Below are positions 29,356 through 39,375 of a stretch of DNA of 64,000 nt, piece by piece; position 1 is the first letter of the stretch; the number at the start of each line of letters is the position of its first letter. A program made the position numbers and the translations under genes. This stretch comes from an uncultured Pelagibacteraceae bacterium (GTDB lineage Bacteria; Pseudomonadota; Alphaproteobacteria; Pelagibacterales; AG-422-B15): positions 2,756 to 66,755 of the forward strand of contig CACKBQ010000004.1 in NCBI GenBank assembly GCA_902598405.1, written 5' to 3'. The notes under the pieces were generated by a model. It was given only the letters and a program-made list of their open reading frames with translations, was not told where the DNA came from and searched no databases.

Positions 29356-30453
29356 ATGAGCGCAGATGTAGAGTTAAGTGATGTTTCGGTAACATTTGGC
29401 AGTTTTTATGCCGCCAAGAATGTCAATGTGAAAGTAAATGGAGGTGAGTTCTTCAGCTTCTTAGGACCTTCAGGCTGCGGAAAGACTACTCTGTTAAGGG
29501 CTATATCTGGATTTCAAGAACCTTCTGAAGGTAAAGTGCTTATTGACAATAAAGATATGTCTGGAATTGGTCCAAATAAAAGACCAACCGCGTTAATATT
29601 TCAAAACTTAGCTCTGTTTCCTCTCATGAGTGTATCAGAAAATATTGCATTTTCCCTTGAAGTAAGGGGCGTATCAAAAGAAGAAAGAAAAAAAAGAGCG
29701 GATGAACTTTTGGAATTGATAGCATTAGAGGGACAAGGAGATAAAAAAGTTCATCAACTCTCTGGAGGTCAAAAACAAAGAGTAGCCATTGCAAGAGCTT
29801 TAGCTGTTGAGCCAAAAGTTCTTCTTTTAGATGAACCATTGTCTGCCTTGGATTTAAAACTTCGTCAAAGAATGAGAACCGAACTTAGAGAAATACAAAA
29901 AAGAGTAAACATTACATTTATTTATATTACGCACGATCAAGGAGAAGCCCTAACAATGTCTGATCGAATAGCGGTCATGAATGAAGGAGAGCTTGAGCAA
30001 ATTGGAAAATGCGACGAAGTTTATAACAATCCATTAACACCATTTGTTGCAACATTCGTTGGTGAGAATAATCCTTTATATGGAAAAGTTACAGGTATTG
30101 AGGGAGATAAAGCTAAAATTGAAACTGCTGATGGGCAATATTTAGCAACGATGAATGAAAGCAAAAAGTTAAATATTGGAGATGAGTCAATTGCATTTGT
30201 TAGACCTGAGTCTTTGTTTATACCAAGAGATGGCGACAACTTTGATAATAAAATTGATGTGAATATTGAAAGTTTTGAATTTGAAGGAAATTTAAAAAAC
30301 TTTTACGCAAGCCTTAAATCGGGAGCAAAAATTAAATTTTCAGTACCAAACGCCATAGATACATCCTCTATAACTTCAGGATCGTCAATCGTACTAGGTT
30401 TTGAATCTTCAAAATCAGTAATATTACCCAAAGCATCTCTAGCTATAGATTAA
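29356..30453 (+). CDS. potA: Polyamine ABC transporter ATPase (PotA family)
   Basis: GPSGCGKT, FQNLALFP, LSGGQKQR, LDEPLSALD, THDQGEAL. Confidence 0.85.
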   Translation: MSADVELSDVSVTFGSFYAAKNVNVKVNGGEFFSFLGPSGCGKTTLLRAISGFQEPSEGKVLIDNKDMSGIGPNKRPTALIFQNLALFPLMSVSENIAFSLEVRGVSKEERKKRADELLELIALEGQGDKKVHQLSGGQKQRVAIARALAVEPKVLLLDEPLSALDLKLRQRMRTELREIQKRVNITFIYITHDQGEALTMSDRIAVMNEGELEQIGKCDEVYNNPLTPFVATFVGENNPLYGKVTGIEGDKAKIETADGQYLATMNESKKLNIGDESIAFVRPESLFIPRDGDNFDNKIDVNIESFEFEGNLKNFYASLKSGAKIKFSVPNAIDTSSITSGSSIVLGFESSKSVILPKASLAID

Positions 30454-30456
30454 GTC

Positions 30457-31386
30457 ATGAACAATTTTTTATTTACTCAACCATTTTTTAAGAAAAACGG
30501 TAAGGCAGTTGCGATATATTTTTTAGTAGCAATAATATTTTGGTTTGTTTTCTTAGTTATAATTCCACAATTTTATATGTTGGATTTATCATTTAGAACC
30601 AACGTCCCCCCTTTAGCAAGAGGTGGACCTGAAGATTATTATACTTTTGAACACTATAGCCACTTTATATTTGGATCTAAGACAGCCACTGATGCTTTTA
30701 ACTTTGTTGATTTAGGTGTATTTGGAAGAACTATTTTTGTTTCAATGCTTGTCACAATTGCAAATCTGCTATTTTGCTATCCAATAGCATTTTATATAGC
30801 GAAAATTGCAAATCCTAGTACCGCTAGACTTCTTATTGTTTCTCTGATTATTCCTTTCTGGATTAATGAATTGCTTAGATCATTCGCATTGAGAATTTTG
30901 TTTGCAAACGAAGGTGTAATTAACAATTTCTTGACTGGGGTTGGATTACTCGATCAAGGAATCCTATTTATCACTTATGATATCGGCTTATATACCGGCT
31001 TAATATACGCTTATATTTTGCTGATGATGTTCCCTCTCTATAATGCAATCGAAAGTTTGGACATTAATCAAATCGAGGCAGCAAAAGATTTAGGTTCCTC
31101 GTCTTTTAGAACACATTGGAGAATAGTTATTCCTCATGCAAAACCAGGTATCGTATCTGGTTGTACTATGGTTTTTATGTTAACTGTTGGAGCATTAGCA
31201 ACACCAGTTGTTTTAAGTAGTCCTAATACTTTATGGTTTCCTCAACTGATATATCAATGGTTTAACATGAATGACAACTGGTCTAGAGGATCAGCTTATT
31301 CAATTATTTTGTTAATAGTATCTGTTATTTTTGTGCTCACAATGATGCGAATATTTAAAGTTAGAATTGGAGAAATTATCAAGTGA
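30457..31386 (+). CDS. potB: Polyamine ABC transporter permease (PotB family)
   Basis: CYPIAFY, IPFWINELLR, EAAKDLG. Confidence 0.82.
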   Translation: MNNFLFTQPFFKKNGKAVAIYFLVAIIFWFVFLVIIPQFYMLDLSFRTNVPPLARGGPEDYYTFEHYSHFIFGSKTATDAFNFVDLGVFGRTIFVSMLVTIANLLFCYPIAFYIAKIANPSTARLLIVSLIIPFWINELLRSFALRILFANEGVINNFLTGVGLLDQGILFITYDIGLYTGLIYAYILLMMFPLYNAIESLDINQIEAAKDLGSSSFRTHWRIVIPHAKPGIVSGCTMVFMLTVGALATPVVLSSPNTLWFPQLIYQWFNMNDNWSRGSAYSIILLIVSVIFVLTMMRIFKVRIGEIIK

Positions 31387-32591
31387 GACCGAGTTATTTT
31401 ATAAATTTCATGATGGGAATATATATTTTTATATTTTTCGCATACTTATTTGGGCCGTTGATCATCATGAGCATTACAGCATTCAACTCTGCAGAATTTC
31501 CATCGATCACACCTTGGGAATGTTTTAGTTTTAGATGGTTTAATGAAGGTAAAATTGCTTATGATGGACAACATCTGGCAGGACTTTTATCTGACTGGAG
31601 ACTTCACGATGGTATTATTAGCAGTTTGATTATAGGTGCAGGAGTTGTAACTCTCTCCGTACCGATTGGAATGGCCGCAGCAATAGTATTAACTCAAGTG
31701 CGTTCGCAGTTGAGGGATATTTATTACTCAATTTCGATTATGCCCGTTTTATTTCCTGGTGTGATAATTGGTATTTCAACAGTCGTTTTATGGGACCGAA
31801 TAGCAGGCTTAGGAGGAGAGGGGTTCATTGCAGATATTGGAAGAAACGGAATATTTCTAACAATTTTGGCTCAAACCTGTTTTATATCTACTTATTGTTT
31901 TTTAATATTTGTAGCAAGACTTCAAAGATTTGATCAGACTCAAGAAGAGGCAGCTTTAGACCTTGGAGCGTCGCAAACTCAAGTATTTTTTAAAATTTTA
32001 GTTCCTTACTTAAGCCCCGCAATAGCATCGGCTGCAGTAATTGCTTTTTTATTTTCATTTGAAAATTATAACACGACTGTATTTAGCATTTTATCGGATC
32101 AAACATTAACAACTGTAATTGCATCAAAAGTAAGGCTGGGAATAAGTCCTGCATTGAGTGCATTAGCTTTAACAATAATAGCGTTAACTATTATAGCTGC
32201 AGTTACCTATGAGGTTTTACGAAGAAGAGCAGAAAAACGATATGCAGAGTCTCAGGAAAAGTTTGTAAAAGAAAAAGCAGCAGACAATAGAATTAATAAA
32301 AAATATAAAGCTGGTTTTAAAATTCCAAAGGGAATTGCCGCTATATTGTTAATAGTGGTCTTTGCTACTTACGGAGCTACCCAAGTAGTGAAAAATGATC
32401 TTTACGGACAATCATGTATTGATGCTGCTGATAAGGAGAAAAAATCCAAATTTCTTGAACAATTGCAAACTTTAGAGTCTAATGAACTTACTGATGAAGA
32501 ACTTTCTGGAGGGTCCTTAGGTGGCAATCAGGATTACGGAGATATATTTGGAGACCCATCATTATTCCAAGATTTTGGAGGATTTGATTAA
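31383..32591 (+). CDS. potC: Polyamine ABC transporter permease (PotC family) with C-terminal extension
   Basis: F.YL..PL, FS.RWF, EEAALDLGAS, SFE; 402 aa; GTG overlapping the potB stop. Confidence 0.8.
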   Translation: MRPSYFINFMMGIYIFIFFAYLFGPLIIMSITAFNSAEFPSITPWECFSFRWFNEGKIAYDGQHLAGLLSDWRLHDGIISSLIIGAGVVTLSVPIGMAAAIVLTQVRSQLRDIYYSISIMPVLFPGVIIGISTVVLWDRIAGLGGEGFIADIGRNGIFLTILAQTCFISTYCFLIFVARLQRFDQTQEEAALDLGASQTQVFFKILVPYLSPAIASAAVIAFLFSFENYNTTVFSILSDQTLTTVIASKVRLGISPALSALALTIIALTIIAAVTYEVLRRRAEKRYAESQEKFVKEKAADNRINKKYKAGFKIPKGIAAILLIVVFATYGATQVVKNDLYGQSCIDAADKEKKSKFLEQLQTLESNELTDEELSGGSLGGNQDYGDIFGDPSLFQDFGGFD

Positions 32592-32597
32592 TAGATT

Positions 32598-33557
32598 ATG
32601 AGCGATAAAAAAGAACCAATTCAACCAGTAAGCGGAACAGTTGTTCCTAGGTATGCTGGCCCATCTACATTTGCACGTCTTCCTGAGCTGAGAGATGTTG
32701 AAGAGTGTGATGTAGCTATTATAGGTGTACCATTTGATGCAGGTACGAGTTATCGTCCTGGGGCTAGATTTGGTCCTCAAAGTGTAAGACAAGCTTCTAG
32801 ACAGCTGAGAACGAATTATCATCCAAACTATGATGTTGAACCTTTCAAGGTGCAACAGGTAGCTGATGCTGGGGACATAGCCTGTAATCCCTTTGATATT
32901 GACGAGGCAATTAAGCAAATTGAAAAAGGATCTACTGAGCTGCTCCAAAAAGTTGGAAGTATTGTAACTATTGGCGGTGACCACACAATTGCATTGCCAT
33001 TACTTAGATCAATTAATAAAAAGGTTGGTGGTCCGGTTGCCTTAGTTCACTTTGACGCTCACTTGGATACTTGGGACACATACTTCGGAGCTCCTTATAC
33101 GCACGGTACGCCATTTAGAAGAGCAAGAGAAGAAAAGCTATTTTTGGATGATGCATCAATGCATATTGGAATTCGTGGCCCTCTTTACAGTACAAATGAT
33201 TTAAAAAATGATCGTGAATTAGGTTTTAAAACCATTCACTGCGATGAATTCCAAACAAACACAATTGATCAAATTGTTAAAAGAATAAAAGATAGAATTG
33301 GCAATAATCCATTATATATATCCATAGATATTGATGTTTTAGATCCAGCACATGCTCCTGGAACTGGAACCCCAGAAGTTGCGGGAATGACCACAAGAGA
33401 AATATTAAATGTATTAAGAGGATTGGCAGGTTCACAGCTTGTTTCAGCAGATGTCGTGGAAGTCGCCCCAGCCTATGATCATGCAGAACTTACGTCGACC
33501 GCTGCAGCAACAATTGTTTATGAGCTGATAAATATTATTGCAAGAAACCCAAAGTAA
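32598..33557 (+). CDS. speB: Ureohydrolase (agmatinase/guanidinobutyrase-like)
   Basis: PRYAGPSTFARLP, RPGARFGP, GGDHT, DAHLD, HGTPF, SIDIDVLDP..APGTGTP. Confidence 0.82.
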   Translation: MSDKKEPIQPVSGTVVPRYAGPSTFARLPELRDVEECDVAIIGVPFDAGTSYRPGARFGPQSVRQASRQLRTNYHPNYDVEPFKVQQVADAGDIACNPFDIDEAIKQIEKGSTELLQKVGSIVTIGGDHTIALPLLRSINKKVGGPVALVHFDAHLDTWDTYFGAPYTHGTPFRRAREEKLFLDDASMHIGIRGPLYSTNDLKNDRELGFKTIHCDEFQTNTIDQIVKRIKDRIGNNPLYISIDIDVLDPAHAPGTGTPEVAGMTTREILNVLRGLAGSQLVSADVVEVAPAYDHAELTSTAAATIVYELINIIARNPK

Positions 33558-33558
33558 T

Positions 33559-34338
33559 CTATTTAATTTCAAACCAGATTGGAACATGATCAGAGGGTCT
33601 TTCAAGACCTCTAAATTGTTTTTCTATTTGACAGTCAGTTATTCGATCAACTGCACTTGGTGTTGCAAGAAAATGATCAATTCGAAGACCGTTGTCTTTT
33701 TCCCATGACCCTCTTGAATAGTCCCAGTATGTGAACTCATAGGGTTTAGAATTATAAATTCTTAGCACATCAGACAGACCTAAATTTATGATTTCTCTGT
33801 AAATTTTTATAGAGTCTGGATGATGCAAAGCGTCATTTTTCCACTTATTAATATCAACCGCGTCATCAGAACCTGGTATTATATTATAATCCCCTCCAAA
33901 TATAATTGTTTCATGGTTTTCTATTTTATTTTGAGCATACTTTTTAAATCTCCTCATCCAATCTAATTTGTAAGGAAATTTTTCAGTATCAATAGGATTG
34001 CCATTAGGGAGATATAAAGAGACAATATTAAAAGGATTTTCGACTTGTACCTGTGCATCAATAAATCTTGCTTGAACATCTTCTTTGTTTCCCGGCAAAG
34101 TATCTGTAATTTTTTTTATTGGGGCTTTTGATAAAATAGCCACTCCATTATATGATTTTTGACCCTTTTTAATTATTTGGTATCCAAGTGATGAAATCTC
34201 TTCTTCTGGAAAGTTTTCATCAGTTGATTTTGTTTCCTGAAGCATGACTATATCTGGTTTAACTGTTTTATCTAATTCAATTAAATGAGGTAAACGAACC
34301 CTTATTGAATTTACATTCCAACTTACTATTTTTACCAT
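33559..34338 (-). CDS. xth: Exodeoxyribonuclease III
   Basis: SWNVNS, LQETK, GQKSYNGVA, GDYN, GLRIDH, PSDH. Confidence 0.95.
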   Translation of the reverse strand: MVKIVSWNVNSIRVRLPHLIELDKTVKPDIVMLQETKSTDENFPEEEISSLGYQIIKKGQKSYNGVAILSKAPIKKITDTLPGNKEDVQARFIDAQVQVENPFNIVSLYLPNGNPIDTEKFPYKLDWMRRFKKYAQNKIENHETIIFGGDYNIIPGSDDAVDINKWKNDALHHPDSIKIYREIINLGLSDVLRIYNSKPYEFTYWDYSRGSWEKDNGLRIDHFLATPSAVDRITDCQIEKQFRGLERPSDHVPIWFEIK

Positions 34339-34424
34339 CCGTATTCTTTTATTGTTATTTTAAGATTCTTAAAGTAATGAGTTTATTGTACAATAAAAAT
34401 TTATGTTACCAATTCTATTTAGTG

Positions 34425-35561
34425 ATGATTTCTGAAGATTTATCTTTTATTTCAACCAATCAAGAAACTTCGAAAGGTAGGCTGTATAAAGAGAATTACA
34501 GTCAAACTAGATCAGAGTTCCAAAGGGATCGTGATCGAATTCTTCATTCTGCTGCCTTTAGACGACTTAAACACAAGACACAGGTATTTGTTTCAAATGA
34601 AGGAGATCACTACAGGACAAGATTAACACATTCGCTCGAAGTATCACAAATAGCGAGGTCAATAAGTAAAATATTCAATCTCAATGAAGATTTAACTGAA
34701 ACATTATCTTTAAGTCATGATATTGGTCATCCGCCATTTGGACATGCTGGAGAAGATGCTCTTTCAGAATGCATGGTTTCTCATGAGGGTTTTGACCATA
34801 ATGATCAGGCAATTAGAATTGTACATTTGTTAGAAAAAAAGTATTTTGATTTTGAAGGTTTAAACTTAACGTGGGAAACACTTGAAGGACTCGTAAAGCA
34901 TAATGGGCCGATGACAAAAGATGTTCCAAAAACCATAGAAGCTCTCGATAAAGCGTTTGACTTAAAGTTGAATGAGTTTTCATCAATTGAAGCGCAAATA
35001 GCCTCAATAGCGGATGACATAGCATACAATAATCATGATTTAGATGACGGACTTAGAGCAGGTTTTTTTTCATATGATGATCTGGCTGAATTGCCAATGA
35101 TTGGTGAAATTATTAAAAATTTTCCGAAAAATTATAACTCTTACGATATGCAGCGTATAAATAATGAAATAACAAGAAAATCAACCTCAATTATGATTAC
35201 TGATGTAATTAATACAATTAGTGAGAAAGTTAAAAAATCAAAAGTAAGATGCAATGAAGATGTCAGGCTTAATAATGAAAAAATTGCTGACTTTTCAGAT
35301 AAAACAAAAGAAGAAGTAAAGTATATTAGATCTTTCCTATCAATGAAAATGTATAATCATGATAAAGTAAAAGCAATGACCAGTAACGCCCATCAAATTA
35401 TATCATCACTATTCAAACTATTTATAGAACAAGATGAAAAATTCTTAAAAGAACATATGAAAAAAATTATTTCTGATGAGGATAAACCAAGAGCAGTATG
35501 CGACTTCATAGCTGGAATGACTGATAACTATGCTCAGAATTTTTATAATAAATTTAATTAG
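34425..35561 (+). CDS. dgt: dGTP triphosphohydrolase (HD family)
   Basis: FQRDRDRI, KTQVF, RTRLTHSLEV, HDIGHPPFGHAGE, DFIAGMTD; start moved to ATG 34425. Confidence 0.93.
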   Translation: MISEDLSFISTNQETSKGRLYKENYSQTRSEFQRDRDRILHSAAFRRLKHKTQVFVSNEGDHYRTRLTHSLEVSQIARSISKIFNLNEDLTETLSLSHDIGHPPFGHAGEDALSECMVSHEGFDHNDQAIRIVHLLEKKYFDFEGLNLTWETLEGLVKHNGPMTKDVPKTIEALDKAFDLKLNEFSSIEAQIASIADDIAYNNHDLDDGLRAGFFSYDDLAELPMIGEIIKNFPKNYNSYDMQRINNEITRKSTSIMITDVINTISEKVKKSKVRCNEDVRLNNEKIADFSDKTKEEVKYIRSFLSMKMYNHDKVKAMTSNAHQIISSLFKLFIEQDEKFLKEHMKKIISDEDKPRAVCDFIAGMTDNYAQNFYNKFN

Positions 35562-35564
35562 TTT

Positions 35565-37304
35565 ATGAGAAACATAAATGGTTATTTAAAAAATATAATC
35601 GGAGCAGAATTTTCAAAAATATTCAATGTTTCGAATGAAACTGTAGAGAAGAGCTCGTTTGTAGTTGAATACCCAAAAAATAAATCTGATGGTGAACTAA
35701 GTACAAATATTTGTATGGTTCTTGCAAAAGAGACATCAGCAAATCCAGTAGAGGCAGCTAAAACTCTCATTAAATCATTAGAGAAAATTGAGGACTTTGA
35801 GATGTTGGAAGTTGCAGGTCCAGGCTTTTTAAACTTTAATATTTCTAAAGATACTTGGTTTAAATTTTTAAGTCAGTTGCTAGAAACGAACTTGCTCTTC
35901 AATGAGGAAATTGGTTTAAATAAAAATATAAATGTCGAATATGTTTCTGCGAATCCTACAGGTCCCTTACATATCGGTCATTGCAGAGGAGCTGTATTTG
36001 GTGATGTACTATCAAATCTACTGAAAGTCACCGGTCACAATGTAACAAAAGAATATTACATAAATGATGCAGGTACTCAAATTGATACTCTTGCAAACTC
36101 TACAATTATTAGAATAAAAGAAATCATCAATAGCAAAAGCGAAGAAAACTATCCAGATGATTTTTATCCTGGTGAATATCTAATCGATGTTGCTAAAAAA
36201 ATAATAGACAAATACGGTACATCAATTCTTGAAAGCGATAATCACTTTCTAATAATAAAAGACGAGTGTGTAAATTTACTATTAGAAAACATAAAAGAAG
36301 ACTTAGGCAAACTATCAATTAATCAGGATGTTTTTGTTTCAGAAAAAGAATTAATAACTCAAGGTAAAATCGACAAAACCATAGATGAACTCAAAAATAT
36401 GAATTTAATCTATGAGGGCATGTTAGATAAGCCTAAAGGCAAACAAATTGAAGATTGGGAACCAAGAAAGCAATTATTATTTAAATCATCTGAATATGGA
36501 GATGAAATCGATAGACCATTACAAAAATCAGATGGTGAGTGGACTTACTTTGCAAACGATATTGCCTATCATTATGACAAATACTTAAGAGGATCGACAC
36601 ATTTAATCGACATATTAGGCGCTGATCATGGCGGATATATTAAGAGAATGAGCGCTTCGATACAGGCTCTAACTAATAACAAAGCAAGATTTACAGCAAA
36701 GTTATGTCAAATGGTAAAACTTATCAGTGATGGCAAGGAATTAAAAATGTCAAAAAGATCTGGTGACTTCATTACCTTAAGTGATTTAGTGAAAGAAGTT
36801 GGCAGTGATAGTATTAGATTTATGATGATGTATAGAAAAAATGAAGCACCCTTAGAGTTTGATTTTAAAAAAGTCACTGAACAGTCCAAAGAAAATCCAG
36901 TTTTTTATGTACAGTATGCTCATGCAAGAATTTCGTCTGTATTGAACAATCTTCATTCACAAAATATTAAATTAAATTTAGAGAATTTTAGTGAATGTAA
37001 TTTTTCTGAACTTAATGATCTTTCTGAAATATCCCTTTTAAAAAAAATCCTGGATTATAGTAATATCATTAATACGTCAGTTTCTCTATTTGAGCCACAT
37101 CGAATTGCATATTACCTGTATGAATTAGCATCAGAATTTCACTCCTTATGGAGTCAGGGAAAAGTAGATAACAGTAAGAAATTTATAGATGCAGATAATA
37201 TACCAAGGACTTATGCTCGAATGGCACTACTGATTGCTACTCAGAGAACAATAAAATCTGGACTTGATATTCTTGGAGTTTCCTCGCCAGATGAAATGAA
37301 ATAA
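35565..37304 (+). CDS. argS: Arginine--tRNA ligase
   Basis: SANPTGPLHIGH, GADHGGY, KMSKRSG, YVQYAHAR. Confidence 0.97.
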   Translation: MRNINGYLKNIIGAEFSKIFNVSNETVEKSSFVVEYPKNKSDGELSTNICMVLAKETSANPVEAAKTLIKSLEKIEDFEMLEVAGPGFLNFNISKDTWFKFLSQLLETNLLFNEEIGLNKNINVEYVSANPTGPLHIGHCRGAVFGDVLSNLLKVTGHNVTKEYYINDAGTQIDTLANSTIIRIKEIINSKSEENYPDDFYPGEYLIDVAKKIIDKYGTSILESDNHFLIIKDECVNLLLENIKEDLGKLSINQDVFVSEKELITQGKIDKTIDELKNMNLIYEGMLDKPKGKQIEDWEPRKQLLFKSSEYGDEIDRPLQKSDGEWTYFANDIAYHYDKYLRGSTHLIDILGADHGGYIKRMSASIQALTNNKARFTAKLCQMVKLISDGKELKMSKRSGDFITLSDLVKEVGSDSIRFMMMYRKNEAPLEFDFKKVTEQSKENPVFYVQYAHARISSVLNNLHSQNIKLNLENFSECNFSELNDLSEISLLKKILDYSNIINTSVSLFEPHRIAYYLYELASEFHSLWSQGKVDNSKKFIDADNIPRTYARMALLIATQRTIKSGLDILGVSSPDEMK

Positions 37305-37307
37305 AAA

Positions 37308-37490
37308 ATGAGGTTCATAATTTTCTCTTTAATTTTAGCAATTTTTATTACTTCCATTTATTTTTACACTAAAAAAGAAGAAGAAGAGATTATCGAAATA
37401 AAAACCAATTTAAATGATTATAGAATAATACCAAAAGACAAGGGAGGCGTTGATACTCCTGACTTAAATATATACGATCTTGGAGATTAA
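37308..37490 (+). CDS. Small bitopic membrane protein at the ftsN/SPOR-protein position
   Basis: 60 aa, N-terminal TM, YRIIPKDKGG motif; fills the argS-nagZ gap. Confidence 0.7.
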   Translation: MRFIIFSLILAIFITSIYFYTKKEEEEIIEIKTNLNDYRIIPKDKGGVDTPDLNIYDLGD

Positions 37491-37499
37491 TTTAATAAA

Positions 37500-38510
37500 A
37501 TGAAAAAATACCTACCTTTAATTTGTGGCATTTCTGGCGAAAAATTAACAACAGAAGAAATAAAATTTTTTAGAGATTACAAACCTTGGGGAATAATTTT
37601 ATTTGAAAGAAACTGTATTAATAAAGACAATTTAAAAAATTTAATTAAAGAACTCAAAGAAATTAATCATCAAAATATTCCAATATTGATAGACCAGGAA
37701 GGTGGAAGAGTTTCAAGACTAAATTTTAAGGGTGTTAATAAATTTAAATCAAATCTTTTTTTTGGGCAAATTATTGAGAAGGATGCAGACTTAGGGTTTG
37801 AATTATTAAGACTTAATACTGAAATTTTAGCTCATACTTTAAAAGAATTGGGCATTAACACAAACACAGTGCCAGTTTTAGATTTACCAGCAGCAAATGA
37901 AAGTGGTGTAATTGGAGATCGAGCTTTTTCGATAAATGAAAGGACTGTCTCTAAAGCAGGTAAGATAGTAATTGAAACAATTAATAAATGCGGCATAGCT
38001 TCTGTGATTAAACATTTACCTGGGCACGGACGAGCAAGAGTTGACAGTCATTTTGAAATGCCTGAAGTAGATGAAATTGAAGATGAACTTATGAGTACTG
38101 ATTTTAAGCCTTTTCAGAACAATTCCGACGCATTATTAGGTATGACAGCACATATTCTATTTAAGTCTTTAGACGATCAAAATATTGTTACTTTTTCAAA
38201 AAAAATTATTGAAACAATAATAAGAAATAAAATTGGCTTTAGAGGGCTACTGATGACTGATGATATTTCAATGAAAGCTATTTCAGATGATGTTGATATT
38301 GCTGCTTTAAAATCACTTAATGCCGGCTGTGACCTCGTTCTTCATTGTAATGGAAACATCAATGAAATTAATAAGATAGCTGAAAGAATTAAGAGTGAAG
38401 CTGAGCCTATTTTAATACCTGACGATCTTATCAATATCTATCAGACAAAATCTGATTTCCCACATGAAGAAAACTTAAAAGCCTACGAATATCTAACAAA
38501 GCAGCTTTGA
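37500..38510 (+). CDS. nagZ: Beta-N-acetylhexosaminidase (GH3)
   Basis: GIILFERN, IDQEGGRV, KHLPGHG...DSH, TDDISM. Confidence 0.93.
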   Translation: MKKYLPLICGISGEKLTTEEIKFFRDYKPWGIILFERNCINKDNLKNLIKELKEINHQNIPILIDQEGGRVSRLNFKGVNKFKSNLFFGQIIEKDADLGFELLRLNTEILAHTLKELGINTNTVPVLDLPAANESGVIGDRAFSINERTVSKAGKIVIETINKCGIASVIKHLPGHGRARVDSHFEMPEVDEIEDELMSTDFKPFQNNSDALLGMTAHILFKSLDDQNIVTFSKKIIETIIRNKIGFRGLLMTDDISMKAISDDVDIAALKSLNAGCDLVLHCNGNINEINKIAERIKSEAEPILIPDDLINIYQTKSDFPHEENLKAYEYLTKQL

Positions 38511-38570
38511 TGTATTTTATCGTATATAAACATCATCTGTTATATAATAAAAGAATCAAAAAATTGAAAA

Positions 38571-39368
38571 ATGGAAGATATTTCAAGTACTTATACTGAA
38601 CAGGAAGCATCTAATCAAACAAGCCCAGATGATTTGATTGTAAACTTGGGAGAATTTGAAGGTCCCCTAGATCTGCTATTAACATTAGCTAAATCTCAAA
38701 AAGTAGATTTAATGAAAATTTCTATTCTCCAGCTTACAGAGCAATACTTGGAGTTTATAGAAAAAGTTCGTAATCGCAATTTAGAGTTGGCGGCTGACTA
38801 TCTTGTTATGGCGGCTTGGATGGCTTACTTAAAATCCAATTTGTTAATACCAAGAGAAGAGTCAGGTGAAGAATTGAGTGCTGAAGAAATGGCAGAAAGA
38901 TTGAAATTTCAACTCAAGAAACTTGAAGCGATCCGACAAGTTTCTCAAAAATTAATGAATTTACCAAAACTTGGTACTGATTTTTTTAATAGAGGGATGC
39001 CTGAAGGCATAAGGTTGATACGAACGCCTGAATATTATCTGAATTTATACGATCTTTTAAAATCATATGCAGATCAAAGGTACAGGACTGCCTACTCATC
39101 GATGACTATTGAAAGACCACCTGTTTTTGCAATGGAAGATGCGCTTGTTAGGCTTCAAAGAATGATAGGTGATGTACCAGAATGGACTCGGCTTGAGAAA
39201 TTTTTACCACATGAATTTTCAAATGGTAAAAGCGCTAGATCAGGTGTTGCAGGAACCCTGGCTGCAGCAATGGAACTTGTAAGAGAAGGGGTACTTGAAG
39301 TGCAGCAGCTGGTTCCTTTTGGACCAGTATTCTTAAAAAATAAAAAGGATGATGAATTCATTAATTAA
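38571..39368 (+). CDS. scpA: Segregation and condensation protein A
   Basis: FEGPLDLLL, ADYLVMAA, ELVREG. Confidence 0.95.
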   Translation: MEDISSTYTEQEASNQTSPDDLIVNLGEFEGPLDLLLTLAKSQKVDLMKISILQLTEQYLEFIEKVRNRNLELAADYLVMAAWMAYLKSNLLIPREESGEELSAEEMAERLKFQLKKLEAIRQVSQKLMNLPKLGTDFFNRGMPEGIRLIRTPEYYLNLYDLLKSYADQRYRTAYSSMTIERPPVFAMEDALVRLQRMIGDVPEWTRLEKFLPHEFSNGKSARSGVAGTLAAAMELVREGVLEVQQLVPFGPVFLKNKKDDEFIN

Positions 39369-39375
39369 ATAAATT

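Noticed and set aside
34305-34424. Long N-terminal extensions in the ORF track for dgt (also ssb at 55490, patatin at 15072 and ORF 11453)
   Set aside because: Start-codon overcalls that overlap neighbouring genes or promoters; family-like sequence begins at later ATGs.
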